NCBI GenBank assembly: GCA_002256025.1
Contig: NKIB01000132.1
Coordinates: forward strand, 1-35,049
Reading direction: 5' to 3'
Length of the DNA: 35,049 nucleotides
From: Asterionella formosa
Taxonomy: Eukaryota
Each line of letters begins with the position of its first letter. Position 1 is the first letter of the stretch. Position numbers and translations under genes: made by a program. Below, piece after piece: positions 1 through 10,831 of this stretch. The notes beneath the pieces were generated by a model. That model made no database searches. It saw nothing but the letters and a program-made list of their open reading frames with translations, and was not told where the DNA came from.

Positions 1-90
1 GTATATTTCGTGTCAAGGAAAAGATTTTTTGTGGATCGCACCACAGGATGAGGCCAGCAAAGGATTGTTGGTACATTTACCGTTGTGTAC

Positions 91-127
91 TACCAGGTAC
101 CATGGTACCGGTACCAGGTACCAGGTA
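91..127. repeat. Cluster of TA-CC(n)GG-TA units (GGTACC/ACCGGT-rich)
   Basis: Parses exactly as TA CCAGG TA CCATGG TA CCGG TA CCAGG TA CCAGG TA. Confidence 0.85.
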
Positions 128-333
128 GTTCAATGACAAGACAGCAACATCGCTCAAATTGCGGGAAAAACTAACTAATTCCCAAATGGGAATCATAATA
201 TTTCATTTATATAACTAGTCTAATAGAAATATTTTACTTTTTTTATAATGGTTTTGTCATCCTACGTCACAGTAGATGGGTGGTTGACAGCATTTAGGAT
301 TTCCCAAAAACAGATAGCATCGTTTTTTCGTCA

Positions 334-392
334 GTTGACCAAAACCAAAACCAATCCAAAAAAAAAGTTTTTGGGTTTTGGTTTGGGTCAAC
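334..392. repeat. Short imperfect inverted repeat / hairpin
   Basis: GTTGACCAAAACCAAAACC (334-352) pairs with GGTTTTGGTTTGGGTCAAC (374-392) with one mismatch; the loop is A/T-run rich. Confidence 0.75.
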
Positions 393-512
393 GGTTAGCA
401 ACGGCCTAACCAAGGTCGTTGAAAGGTTTTTTTTTCCTCCTGCTCGCTGATGACGGATAGCTTTCAGCCCTGCTTGGAAGTATGGCTATGTATGCGCTAT
501 ACGTATTTTATA

Positions 513-1938
513 AGCAATTCCCGCTCCAGCTATCGTCTTGCCATTCGGGTACTTCTAAGTAATTTTTAGGCTCTAAGTAATTTTTATTTAAGGGCAATAT
601 GGGGCACATCGAATTTTTCGGCAATAAAATTGCCGATTTTAGCATGACAACCAGAATAAAGGTAATATGCATAGAGATGGTACAACAAGCGTAAAACACA
701 CGAGAATGATTGTAACATGCCACATCAATGAAAATTGAGCATGATGTTTGGAGCAACCAAATTATGAAATGCAATGTGATAAGTAGCGTCAAATGAGAAA
801 TAGAAAAAATTGTTTTGGGTTAGAAATGAAGTAAAAAATAAGAGTTTCAATGGAGATGTATGCATTGTGACATTGTTAGTACTTACACAGGCAATTGAAT
901 TTCCAACACCACACAAGGGAAAAGCTGAACCCAATCTTGACCTGCATCATTGTGTAGTGTAGATCATCTGCTTGCTGTAACCATGCACATTGCTGTATCA
1001 ATCTGGCGCCGATTCCTTTTAAATTCAAATATTCAAATGGACACTTGAATCATGGGAATTCACAGTAGGAAACTCCCTGTTCCACGCTGTTTTTATAACC
1101 CTAGCGATATTTTCTCCAAACTAGGGTTAAGCCGGGGCTGCAACCTTAAACCATGCATGGTTGTTTTTAGTACTGGTACCCCGTATGTATGCAGACTAGA
1201 TGACTGCCGGTACCAGGGGTAATACCGGTAGAATATCCGTTAAGCATAATCACATGCATGACCAGAGCAAAAACTTGCCACCAACATCAGATGTATTGAT
1301 ATCATCATTTGTCCGACGAAATATGGATGATGCGACTACATGAATCCCTCGAGAATGCAAGAAAACCAACAACCAAACGCATCCGTTAGACAACGAATCG
1401 CTACTGGCATCATCGCAGAACTGATTTCGCTTCAAACCGGTCATGATGGACGACGATTGGCATGGTGAAAGGTGAATTGCCAGAGTCTACTTTTCAGGAG
1501 ATGAACAAAAACGAGGTGAATTCTAGATATAAATTATTAAAATCTGTATAGTATATTAAATGGTTTCCTTAAGTAGACCCCTTGCCGATTTCGGCAATCC
1601 CAGGGCTGGAAAACCGAGGGGCAATTGGTGTCTGTTGTCTTGCCAAAATGCGAACATATGAAATATACAAAATATATTCTAATGATGGGCAATATCGGAC
1701 CTTTGGCAATTTTCGAGCTGAAGATAGGAAATATACGAAATATATTTTATATGATGGGCAATAGTAAGCTAAAATTGACATTTATGTTTTATTTGTGGGC
1801 AGTTAGGTAAACGAATGACGCGATGATAGCTAGAGCGGTAATTGCCTCAACAATACCCTTCTCGGCGGCTACTTGCCTTCTCGTATACATGTGTACTCGC
1901 AGGCAAGAGACCACCTCGGGCGTGTATTGCCTTCAGCA
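513..1938 (+). mobile_element. Decayed inverted-repeat element, GGCAAT family, copy A
   Basis: About 25-bp inverted repeats: AGCAATTCCCGCTCCAGCTATCGTC (513-537) and GATGATAGCTAGAGCGGTAATTGCC (1822-1846). Three colinear blocks are shared with 16864-19180: 513-800, 1339-1495 and 1565-1938. Two ~69-bp-period subterminal repeats (..GAAATATAC.AAATATATT..ATGATGGGCAAT) lie at 1655-1763. Confidence 0.7.
996..1146 (-). mobile_element. Transposon end, AGGTT long-TIR family, copy 1
   Basis: Direct-repeat homology with 2184-2338. Ends in ...GCAACCT followed by TAA. Internal TAACCCTAG...CTAGGGTTA hairpin. Confidence 0.6.
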
Positions 1939-2183
1939 TGCTGTGGAAAGTGATCATCATTATCACTTACCGATTAGCTTGCATGGTAATTCTAGTATTT
2001 ATGTAGGAGTAATAGTCAAAAAAGGGGGCTTTGAAGTTTAAAAAATCTATGATACATAACTGCTCCTCTCCAGAAGTTAACTCCTGACATTTATAGGGTA
2101 CATGGCTATCTATTTTAATCTTCATGAAACCCTGAAGATGTAGATATAACACAAACATCTTCATTTGTTTTGAAATGGAACTC

Positions 2184-2338
2184 TATCAATGTGGCGCCAT
2201 TTTCTACTTAGTTTAAATATTCAGACAGATACTTGCATCATGGGAATACACAGAAACAAATTCTCGATTCCACATCAATTTTACAACCCTACTTGCGATT
2301 TTTTCACCAAACTAGGGTTTAAGCCAGGGCCGCAACCT
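2184..2338 (-). mobile_element. Transposon end, AGGTT long-TIR family, copy 2
   Basis: Homologous to 996-1146 (TATCAAT.TGGCGCC, CATGGGAAT.CACAG, AACCCTA...CTAGGGTT). Ends in GCAACCT followed by TTA. Confidence 0.6.
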
Positions 2339-2375
2339 TTACGATACACTGTCTAATATATACTCTGTGATACTA

Positions 2376-2500
2376 AGTTTCCAGCATTTGAAACCCTATG
2401 TAGGCAAAAATCAAAATATTGCATAGGGTTGCAGACTTTCCTCGGAATTGGGAATTTGTAGAAGCTAACCTTGAACAGCAATGACTCCAATTTAAATTCT
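2376..2500 (+). mobile_element. Transposon end, AGGTT long-TIR family, copy 3
   Basis: AGTTTCCAGCATTTGAAACCCTATGTAGGCAAAAATCAAAATATTGCATAGGGTT... aligns over about 120 bp with the reverse complement of 27420-27544. Confidence 0.6.
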
Positions 2501-2872
2501 ATGAACGCACTCATACAACAATTCCCGTAGTCAAAATTGGCAGGGAAATGAAGTAAATCGATATCCGATGAACCCCTCATTTCCTTTCTCTCGATCGCAG
2601 TGATGAAACGATGTTAATTTAGTTGTAAACAGTGTAAAGAAATTAGAATTCTTTTACCACCGAAATCAATTGCTCTTTTAGTCGCATCTATTTTGAAGCA
2701 CTACATGTTTGGTACTACTACAATACACCATAACATTTTTGATTTTTTTGCTGCCAGACTGTTGAGTCAATAAACCAGCTGTTGAAAATTCGAGTACAAG
2801 CATAAAATGACCAATGTACATTGACATTGAAAAAGTTTGAATGGTTCTTGCCTGAGTCTTCAGAAGCGACCA

Positions 2873-3120
2873 CAAAAGACTGCAAAGACTCAGAGAAGAA
2901 CACAAAAGACAGGGGAAATGAAGAGACCAACGCAAAAATGCAAAAGTAATGGGATGATCCAAATATGAGGCTTTTTTCATTCAAGTCTGGGTTATTCTGG
3001 TGTTTTACATTCTTTTGTAAACTTCACACATTCTTTTGCATTTTTCTGAAAAATGTGAGGCAGGGTTGGTTTTAGATAAAGCCCAAATTTTTCTACCTGT
3101 CATTTTGTATTTTGGAATTT
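2873..3120 (+). repeat. CpG-depleted homolog of the foldback element at 11605-11820
   Basis: CTTTTGTAAACTTCACA vs CTTTTGCGAACTTCGCG; AAAATGTGAGGCAGGGTTGGTTTTAGATAA vs AAAACGTGATGCCAGGTCGATTTTAGATAA; shared CAAAAGACTGCAAA motif. Confidence 0.6.
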
Positions 3121-4141
3121 CTCCTGCACAATTCAGGACTCCATCACAGGAGTCTTCCAGACAATCCAACGGAAAGCCATGAAGTTTGTCCACACTATAA
3201 ACTCAACCAGGAATCACCATTTTCTCAAACAATGATGATAATGGAGTAATGCCATCATTGACCTATGGTGTGTGTATACCATGCTAGATATACTCCATTA
3301 GATGATATAAGTCTTGCCTATATAATGTTAACCTTATAGGCTCTTCTATTCAGACTTTGTACTTGTTTTTACTCTCACTGTAGAGACTTACACATTCACA
3401 CCATGGTGTGTGTATATGTCAACTCAAGGTGTACCCTTGTTTTTACATTATACACACAACCAATGTGGTACCAGGTACCCTTCTCATCAAGGCTCTTGCG
3501 AGTACCCTTAACTATGAGCTAATGTAGATACCCCAATCATTAAGCTCATAATTCTTACCCAGAACCTCATTTTATCCTGACAACTGTAGGGCAATCACCA
3601 GATGATTTATCCAGTGGAGTCACTTAGAATCCTGGTAATTCATGATGACGTCCACCAATGCATGGGCATGATGACATGGTAATATGACAAGAACATCACC
3701 AGAAATTTGAGAAGCCATCATTGTCAACATGGTGTGTGGACCAAACATCATGCAAAACATCTTGGTGAAACAATCCAGCCATAATAGATCCAGTAATAAA
3801 TATTTCGTACAAAAGGAGACTAAGAATACCGGCACTACACCATGTTCAGTAGATAATACGTACTGGAAACATGTGAGTGAGCGAACAGCGAAGTCATCCC
3901 GACGACGATGATGAGCGAGGAGCGAGGGAGCATTCGCAATCTAATCGTTTCCTACATAAATATATATTATTAGCTATACATCATAAACAACGGATAATAG
4001 GCGTACCGGGTAGTATACCGGTACCAGTATTATTCATATACGACCAGTAAATATAATCACACTCCTATTACCGGTACTAATTGTAATAAACAAAGCAAGA
4101 ACAGAACCCCAACATCAAATCATCGAATACAACCGCCTACC

Positions 4142-5412
4142 ATGGTGAGCCAAATCTGAGTTTCTCTATTCATTCCAGTGACTTTGACTCGTAGCTCTAT
4201 GTTCACTTTCTTCTAACATTCATTTTTCGCTGCATCTTTGCGCTTAGCCTCCAGTTTTGGATCCTTCAAAGTCCAAAGTCGATGGCTTGGCCTTTTTAGG
4301 GCTATCACTGACCCGCCGCTCGGATAAGGGTCATCCCGACTCTATTACTCATCAGACAGCATTTGACCTTAACAAAGTCTTAGATCGAGACTATGAATTC
4401 CTTTTTTCAACCAATGATGATGGTTGGTTGGCAGGTGGCGGCGAGCCTGGACCTCCTGAATCGTACAAATTAGCCGCCAAAGATTCGTCGCATGTGGAAA
4501 TCATGAGAATTGGAACTTACCGACCAGAGTGGGGCGGAGTAGAAGAGAAGGATATCGTCGAGTGAGTATGTCAATGGGTTGCTGAAAAGAATAGTGGTTG
4601 AATCGTGATGAATGAATCGCCAGCTGACTCTATAGGTTGTTTTGTTCTCGTTGGACAGCGCCATTACATCTGGCAAAATTCTCATTCCTCAAATTGAAGT
4701 TTTACCAACTGCTGTCGTTGCCAATCCCGACAAACCGCCAGAGCTTGAAATAAGATTCGACATGGAACCAATGGTACCCAACTTTGATGATCTCTCCGCA
4801 CCTTTGCCCGTCAATTGGCAACTTCGCTTCATTCATAATCAGTTATTCAAGCATTTCAACTTTCCATCTCGATTCTGCCCAGGTGCATTTCATTCTACCA
4901 TATTGAGGAAGGCTGAGTTTCGATCTGAAAAGGTGAGTTATACGAAACCATACTCCTTAGCGGAAACCTTAGCGGAAAAATATTTTTCAACTCAGTTCTT
5001 ATTGACTTGCTTTCTTGCGCAAATCCCGCATAATCCTGTACATAAATAGCACCGACTTGGTTACTTTGCCAAGTGCAACGCTGCCATTCAAGCATGGAAG
5101 GCAGCTGGTCCTCAAGCCCTCAACAGTGGAGGATGGGATATCAAGGGCAAACTACTTGAAAACCCACCCAAATACATGTCTGGTATCTATTTGTTTGTGG
5201 ATCGCGAGAACATTACGCATTATTTCCCCCCGAACTTTGAACCGCCTTATGATACTCCCGAGAAGCGACAGATTATATTGGATTTTTTGCGCGAAGAATG
5301 GGATGAGAAAACGTTGAGCTGGAAGCCAGTATCAAGAAGTGGTCTTGACGGGCAGGCAGAAGCAATGCACCTCTTCGACGAAGTCGGCAAGCTGTTTTGT
5401 CATGGACGTTAG
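4142..5412 (+). CDS. Uncharacterised 317-aa protein, putative divergent 2H phosphoesterase fold; exons 4142-4144, 4248-4561, 4659-4932, 5050-5412
   Basis: Three GTGAG...AG introns (branch-like CTAAC at 4213, CTGAC at 4624) join the ORF-track fragments into one 954-nt frame. Motifs SSHVEIMRIG (H83) and AFHSTILRK (H184). Confidence 0.8.
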
Positions 5413-5573
5413 CAGCCTGATTGCTGGCGAATATTTTTGCTGGTCGTCTGCGAGTAGATACATATACCTAAGATATAGTGATCAATGCTTTCCCTTGATG
5501 TACGTTGTTTATGATACAATTCTTTCTCGATTATTAGAAATCTTACGAAGGCTACGATACTTTAAGTAGTTAG

Positions 5574-6671
5574 CTATTTTGAATGATCGGACTCGCCTGC
5601 TTCCTCTCTTGAACAGATGATCTGTACTTTCATGGTTGATCGCTCTGCGGCAAATTTGATGCCTTCATCCGCTTGTGTCAGCGGAAAGACTTTTGTAATG
5701 TACTTTTCAACATTCAGCGGCTTCATGTCATCCTTCAATTCCAGTAACTCCAACGCCTTGTCAATGGGTCCGCATCGACTTCCTACGATCTTGAGTTCAT
5801 GAATGACAAACGGTGCAGCATTGAATGGTTCACCTGCGGCGCATGTGCTTTTGAGAACTAATGTTCCCATGGGACGGCAAAGTTCAGAAGCGAGTGTCAG
5901 ACCAGCCGGACTACCGGTGGCTTCGACGACGACATCATACTTTGCAGCATGTTCAGCAGTGACACTGCCATTCTTTGCGTCCTTGGCTTCGTCGACCAGT
6001 CGACAATCCGCCCCGCTAGCCTTGACCATATCTAGTTTGTGTGGATGCTTTCCAAAGATAGTAACATTATTTCCATAGGCCCTTCCCAGTACTTCAGCAA
6101 TCATGAGTCCCAGCTTACCGTCGCCAAGAATAGCGACTTTATCTGTTTCCAGAATCAATCCTTGTTCTATAATCCTGCAGGCTGCAGCCAGTGGTTCAGC
6201 AAATACTGCCACTTCGTCAGACACATCCGATGGAACAACGTGTAGATTTCTTATGGGCAGAGTCAAATATTCTGCCATGGTACCATTCCGATTAAGTATA
6301 CCCAAGACGGTCCTGTGTGGACAGTGGTTCCGACTCATTTGACAAGGGCCGTGGGAATTTGCTTTATTGAGACATATCCCGCACACGTTACACCCAACAT
6401 TAATGTCTCCACAAACCCGCCTTCCTATCCACTCTATACTTGTTGAGTCTTTGTCGAATACATCTTCCACAATGCCCACAAATTCATGACCCAATACTCC
6501 CTGAAAGCCCATGTACCCCTGAAGGATTTCAAGATCCGTGTTGCAAACACCGGCTCGTAGGACACGAATCAATGCAAATCCCGGTTCGTCTAGTGTGGGT
6601 TTGGGAATGGTTTGGACACTTCCTGAGGAGCCGGAAACAACAAAGGCGAGCATGGTGTTTGAGGATGTCAT
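5574..6671 (-). CDS. Zinc-dependent alcohol/threonine dehydrogenase-like protein (MDR superfamily), 365 aa, intronless
   Basis: GVCNTD catalytic Cys, LGHEFVG motif, structural Zn cluster CxxCxxC...C, EPLAAA, Rossmann GDGKLG, LKST and GSRCGP. The ORF-track start at 6770 is TTG; the ATG at 6671 sits just before the domain. Confidence 0.92.
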   Translation of the reverse strand: MTSSNTMLAFVVSGSSGSVQTIPKPTLDEPGFALIRVLRAGVCNTDLEILQGYMGFQGVLGHEFVGIVEDVFDKDSTSIEWIGRRVCGDINVGCNVCGICLNKANSHGPCQMSRNHCPHRTVLGILNRNGTMAEYLTLPIRNLHVVPSDVSDEVAVFAEPLAAACRIIEQGLILETDKVAILGDGKLGLMIAEVLGRAYGNNVTIFGKHPHKLDMVKASGADCRLVDEAKDAKNGSVTAEHAAKYDVVVEATGSPAGLTLASELCRPMGTLVLKSTCAAGEPFNAAPFVIHELKIVGSRCGPIDKALELLELKDDMKPLNVEKYITKVFPLTQADEGIKFAAERSTMKVQIICSREEAGESDHSK

Positions 6672-7224
6672 GTGTCTATTCTGTGTTGGTCGAAAATATC
6701 TTGCTGATCTGCTATTTTTTGTTCTGTTGTGCATTACCTGGTGTAGCACGATGGTGCTCCCCCAATACAAATGTTACATCGGTATCACACCGGTATCACC
6801 TATGCTGTCTTTTCTACATTACCGGTATATTTTGCATTCTGTACTGCACAGTTCAATAATTTTACGTAGTATTAGACCACTGGTAAAACGGTACATAATA
6901 GACTACAGGTATCGCTATATATGATATCTTTCTTCATTTTTATGTATGAACAGACAAATGGACAATTTTTTGGCGCGCTTGCTATTGTTTTATCCATACA
7001 AGAAATTAGTGATCTATTTTACACAAATATATAAATAAATACGTATCACATCTTTTATACAAAGCTTATATTAGACTACTGCATAAAACTCTCCTACTAC
7101 CGTGTATATGTCATTATTTTCATCATAAAACTCACACACTCGTCAAGAAAGCATAGTCATCACTCCTATTCACTAGATCGCATTTGCCACCCCACCCCCC
7201 TCCTCATCCATCCCAACCAAACTC

Positions 7225-8492
7225 ATGTCACCATCGTATTCTTCGGATCAAATGGAAGAAGTCTGGTCCTGGGTCCACAATGAGCGGAAATGTGTGACCT
7301 CATTTCAGGTTGCCATGACACTTGGAGTATCGCGGACTGTGGCGAGTTTCCTTTTGAGGGATCTTCCTCTCCATAAGGAAATGCCTCACGACGACGATGT
7401 CATGTATGAAGTGACGAAGACCACGTGGGTTGAAATGGAAGGCAAGGATGGGACGAAGCAGACAGGTAAGTGCGAGTTGAGAGCGCGAGAGATAGCAAAT
7501 CTTATCATACTCTGAAACAAATTGCTCACACATGGGCAACAATCATTGCTCCCCCTACAGTCATCAAGCTCGTCAAGCACCTGACTAAAAATATTTCAGA
7601 AGACTCTATTGTGTATTCTGTGGCACTCAAGGACACACAGAACCTACTCACCGCTCACGAAGTACAAAAGGTGACCCTCCCAATTGGACTCGACTCGTTC
7701 GCACTTTCGACATCGCTGAACACGTCGCGGATTGCACCCTCTGTGGATATTGACAGGCTCTCACTTGGAGACGAGGGGCGCTTTGCAAGCATGCCAGATA
7801 TGGCACCAGCAACCAATAAATTCTCAGCTAAACCGAGAAAGACAACTACGGCAGCCACGTTCTTTGGGCAAAACGACAAAATTAAAGGTGACAAGAAACC
7901 AGCACCACCAATTGTCGTTTCAAATGGAAAGAAGAGCAATTCAGCAGAAACAAAGGCCGAATCTCCCGAAAGGAAAACACAACTGATGAAGCCTGAAACA
8001 TCTTTTTTTGGAAACAATGCTGCTGTCACCAAACCACGCCCTCTACCGGAAGGCGACGAAGAAAAGGAAAATGCTCCATCAAAGAAGGGAACTGCAGATG
8101 ATTTTATCGGGGATGATGACGAAGACGATGAATTTTTGGCGCAAGAGCAAGAACGTCAGCGACGTAATCGATTGCAGAAACAGGAAAAGGACAAGAAGGA
8201 GTTTCGTCGAGCAGAAAGGGAGCAAGTTGCCGCCAAGGAGAAAGCTGCTGTTGCCAAGCTACAACTGGATCAAGAGCAGGTGCCCATAAAGTCGAAAAAG
8301 CGACGGAAAAGATTGGTGGAAACAACAACAATGGATGCAAATGGATACCTTCATACCGAAACTCAAGCGATTTGGGAAGATGTTTCGGAATCTGAGGAAA
8401 TCGTGGTCAAACAAGCGCCCGTTACGAAAGTGACTGCAAAAAATGGAATGAAGCAAGGAAGTCTAATGGGATTCTTCGGAAAAAAGAAGTAA
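7225..8492 (+). CDS. POLD3: DNA polymerase delta subunit 3 (Cdc27/Pol32/p66), 390 aa; exons 7225-7465 and 7561-8492
   Basis: N-terminal winged-helix-like VTSFQVAMTLGVSRTVASFLL, low-complexity charged middle, KRRKR...MDANGYLHTE, and C-terminal PCNA-binding PIP box KQGSLMGFFGKKK. A phase-1 GTAAG...CTACAG intron joins the frames. Confidence 0.85.
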
Positions 8493-8826
8493 ATTAGCTA
8501 ATATAACAGTCGGGATGATTGGATGCTAGCTGTCGAAACGCTTTGGTTGCTTTGTTTCCGCTTGAATCGCACCTCAAAGACGGTTGAAAATCAACAATTT
8601 GATTGCAAACAAAATTTCTCTGCTACTTGCAGAATATTAACTACACTACGTAAGCACGGAGTTTGATTCTTGTTCAGTATTTCCGTATCAGATACGAGAG
8701 CTCGACTACCGCGTAGACTCATGAAGAGCTTAAGAATGTCCATTAAGCATGATATCACCTCAAAAAGAAAGAGTCTATAGCACATTCTAGGAAGCTGGTA
8801 TAGCAAAGCAGATTTTTCAATTTATA

Positions 8827-10617
8827 CTAATTCGACACTTTTTCGAGGTTGTCGAAAGAGATCAAGTCGTCCTCGTTTCCCTCATTCCTCCTTTCTTCTC
8901 GCGGCTTTTCATAGCCAGGGTTTGCTGTATTCAATAAATCAATCTGACCTGCAAAATTGTTAACACCGCTCCAAGCCTTAGTTCTAGCCGGCACAAAAGT
9001 TCGACCACTACCCAGATGTGCGTTCCAAAGCTTGCGATGATCACTATCCTCAACATAGAAGCGATGATCCACCTCCTTATCCATTCCCGCCAAAAGTAGG
9101 CCTTCGTGAGCATTCTCTGGGTGAAGATCACAAATCCACTGTTCATATGTAACGTTCGGTGTATTCGCCACGAATTCCACAAAATGATCCATAATGGTAT
9201 TGTAACACACTTCTTCAGCATGTTTCATCATTTCACGAGTCTCGTTCTCGTCATCCAAATCCGACCTCAATGCGTCGCCATGTCCTTCCTTCCAATTATT
9301 ATCTCTCATATTTTCTCCGTAAGATTTCTTTGCATTCAAATCTCCAATCTGAACTGAACCGTTGTTAGTGTGCTTCCATGGAATTGTTTTCGCCGATACA
9401 TACATGCGACCACCACCCAAATGCGCATTCCAAATCTTGCGATGATCACTGTTGTCACCATAGAAGCAATTTTCCATATTCATTCTATTCAAAAGTTTGC
9501 CTTTATGAGAAGCTTCTGGGTGAAGGTTGCAAATCCATTTTTCATAGGTAACATCCGGCGTATCAGCGACGAATTCCACAAAGTGATTCAGAATTGCATC
9601 ATACGGAATTCGTTCGACTTGTTTCATGACTTTACTGGGGTCAATATATAATTCTGAATCCAACCTCAAGTCTTCATTTTCTTCGTGTGTGACTTCAATG
9701 GGCACAACGTCAAAATTTATTGTTGGAATTGAAAATTCAACCTGATCCTTGTCCGTTGATTCAAAGTTATTCGTGCTAAAAAAATCAAAGTGATTTACAT
9801 CGTCACCGTTGCCCCATCCCATTGTTCTAGCTGTCACGTATGTTCTACCATTGGCCAAATGATTGTTCCAGAGTATACGATGATCACTTCCCTCCACATA
9901 GAACCGATGGTCCACCTCCTTATCCATGCCCTCCAACAATCTCCCTTCGTGAGTATTCTCGGGGTGAAGATCAGCAATCCATTGTTCATATGTTACATTC
10001 GGCTTGTCCGCGACAAACTCAAGGAAATGTTCGGTAATTGCTTGCATACATGCCTCTTCGGCATCTCTTATCATTTCAAGAAACTTTTTTTCTTCCATAA
10101 GGTCATTATTGATCCTTTCCAGATTGTCAGCTATATTTTGGTCCTTCTCCATCTCAGCAATGAGCCTGGGGAGATTAATTTTTTGAAGCCGGTCGCCAAT
10201 GCTCTTGACACCTTTGTTGGCCATTCTGACCCTCTCTGAATCTTTGAGTTCTTTCAATCGAATCCCCAGCTTTCGGACCGAGCTCTTAACATTTGTGGCT
10301 CCTTCCTGGACCTTGGGATTTGCTTTAATATCATTCCAGTGGCCGCCAAGTTTTCGAACCGAGCTACTAACGGTACTAGCTCCTTCCTGGACCTTGGGGT
10401 TTGCTTTGATTTCATTCAAGCATTCTCCTATTTTTCTAACCGAGCTAGTAACGGAACTAGCTCCTTCCTGGACCTTTGAATTCGCCTTGATATCATTAAT
10501 TCCAGCACCAAGCGCTTGGACGCCAATCGTTGCAAACTTTTGACTACTCGAGGCCAATTCCTGGGTTCTCTGATAGAGTTTGTCTCTGGCAGACTGACGC
10601 TCTTGATGTTCTGACAT
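8827..10617 (-). CDS. Uncharacterised 596-aa protein with 27-aa tandem repeats and three copies of a YEQWIxxLHPEN...RFY...SDHRxxWN domain
   Basis: Long uninterrupted ORF. First ATG is at 10617, with an in-frame TGA just upstream of the GTG used by the ORF track. 81-nt DNA period (CTCCTTCCTGGACCTT at 10299, 10380, 10461). Confidence 0.88.
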   Translation of the reverse strand: MSEHQERQSARDKLYQRTQELASSSQKFATIGVQALGAGINDIKANSKVQEGASSVTSSVRKIGECLNEIKANPKVQEGASTVSSSVRKLGGHWNDIKANPKVQEGATNVKSSVRKLGIRLKELKDSERVRMANKGVKSIGDRLQKINLPRLIAEMEKDQNIADNLERINNDLMEEKKFLEMIRDAEEACMQAITEHFLEFVADKPNVTYEQWIADLHPENTHEGRLLEGMDKEVDHRFYVEGSDHRILWNNHLANGRTYVTARTMGWGNGDDVNHFDFFSTNNFESTDKDQVEFSIPTINFDVVPIEVTHEENEDLRLDSELYIDPSKVMKQVERIPYDAILNHFVEFVADTPDVTYEKWICNLHPEASHKGKLLNRMNMENCFYGDNSDHRKIWNAHLGGGRMYVSAKTIPWKHTNNGSVQIGDLNAKKSYGENMRDNNWKEGHGDALRSDLDDENETREMMKHAEEVCYNTIMDHFVEFVANTPNVTYEQWICDLHPENAHEGLLLAGMDKEVDHRFYVEDSDHRKLWNAHLGSGRTFVPARTKAWSGVNNFAGQIDLLNTANPGYEKPREERRNEGNEDDLISFDNLEKVSN

Positions 10618-10831
10618 AGTGCCCACTCGTCGTCACTGATAGGCCTTGCTTGCAATCACAACAACAAGACGGTCAGCATACAAATGATTCTTATTTTGAA
10701 ATAATATAACATTTATAAGAAATATTGAAGTGAAACAGAGCATGACGACACAAAATGTTTCAACGTAACATCATGCATCATTTATGTACCGGAATATGCA
10801 TAAATCTCAGTTTATACCATTTGTATCAGAC

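Noticed and set aside
91..127. KpnI/AgeI sites as cloning or adapter artefacts
   Set aside because: Motifs are variable, dispersed over the whole window, absent from coding exons in the TACCGGTA form and show mutational decay, unlike a fixed linker.
1097..1129. Telomeric repeats (AACCCT/AGGGTT)
   Set aside because: Only single hexamers in inverted orientation inside transposon-like ends, not tandem arrays.
3001..3582. Possible solo LTR (TGTT...CCTGACA with TATA-like CCTATATAA)
   Set aside because: Flanks TCTGG/ACTGT do not form a TSD, and the first ~120 bp belong to the foldback-family homolog.
4624..4658. Acceptors CAG (4623) and TAG (4635) for intron 2 of the 317-aa gene
   Set aside because: With the GA|GTGAGT donor both lead to stops; only the CAG at 4658 preserves the frame.
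6672..6770. N-terminal extensions given by the ORF track (dehydrogenase from 6770; also VIP1 from 23700 and the 596-aa gene from 10626)
   Set aside because: They begin at TTG/GTG, which is not expected for nuclear genes. Downstream ATGs fit the domain starts, though the ATG at 6734 cannot be excluded.
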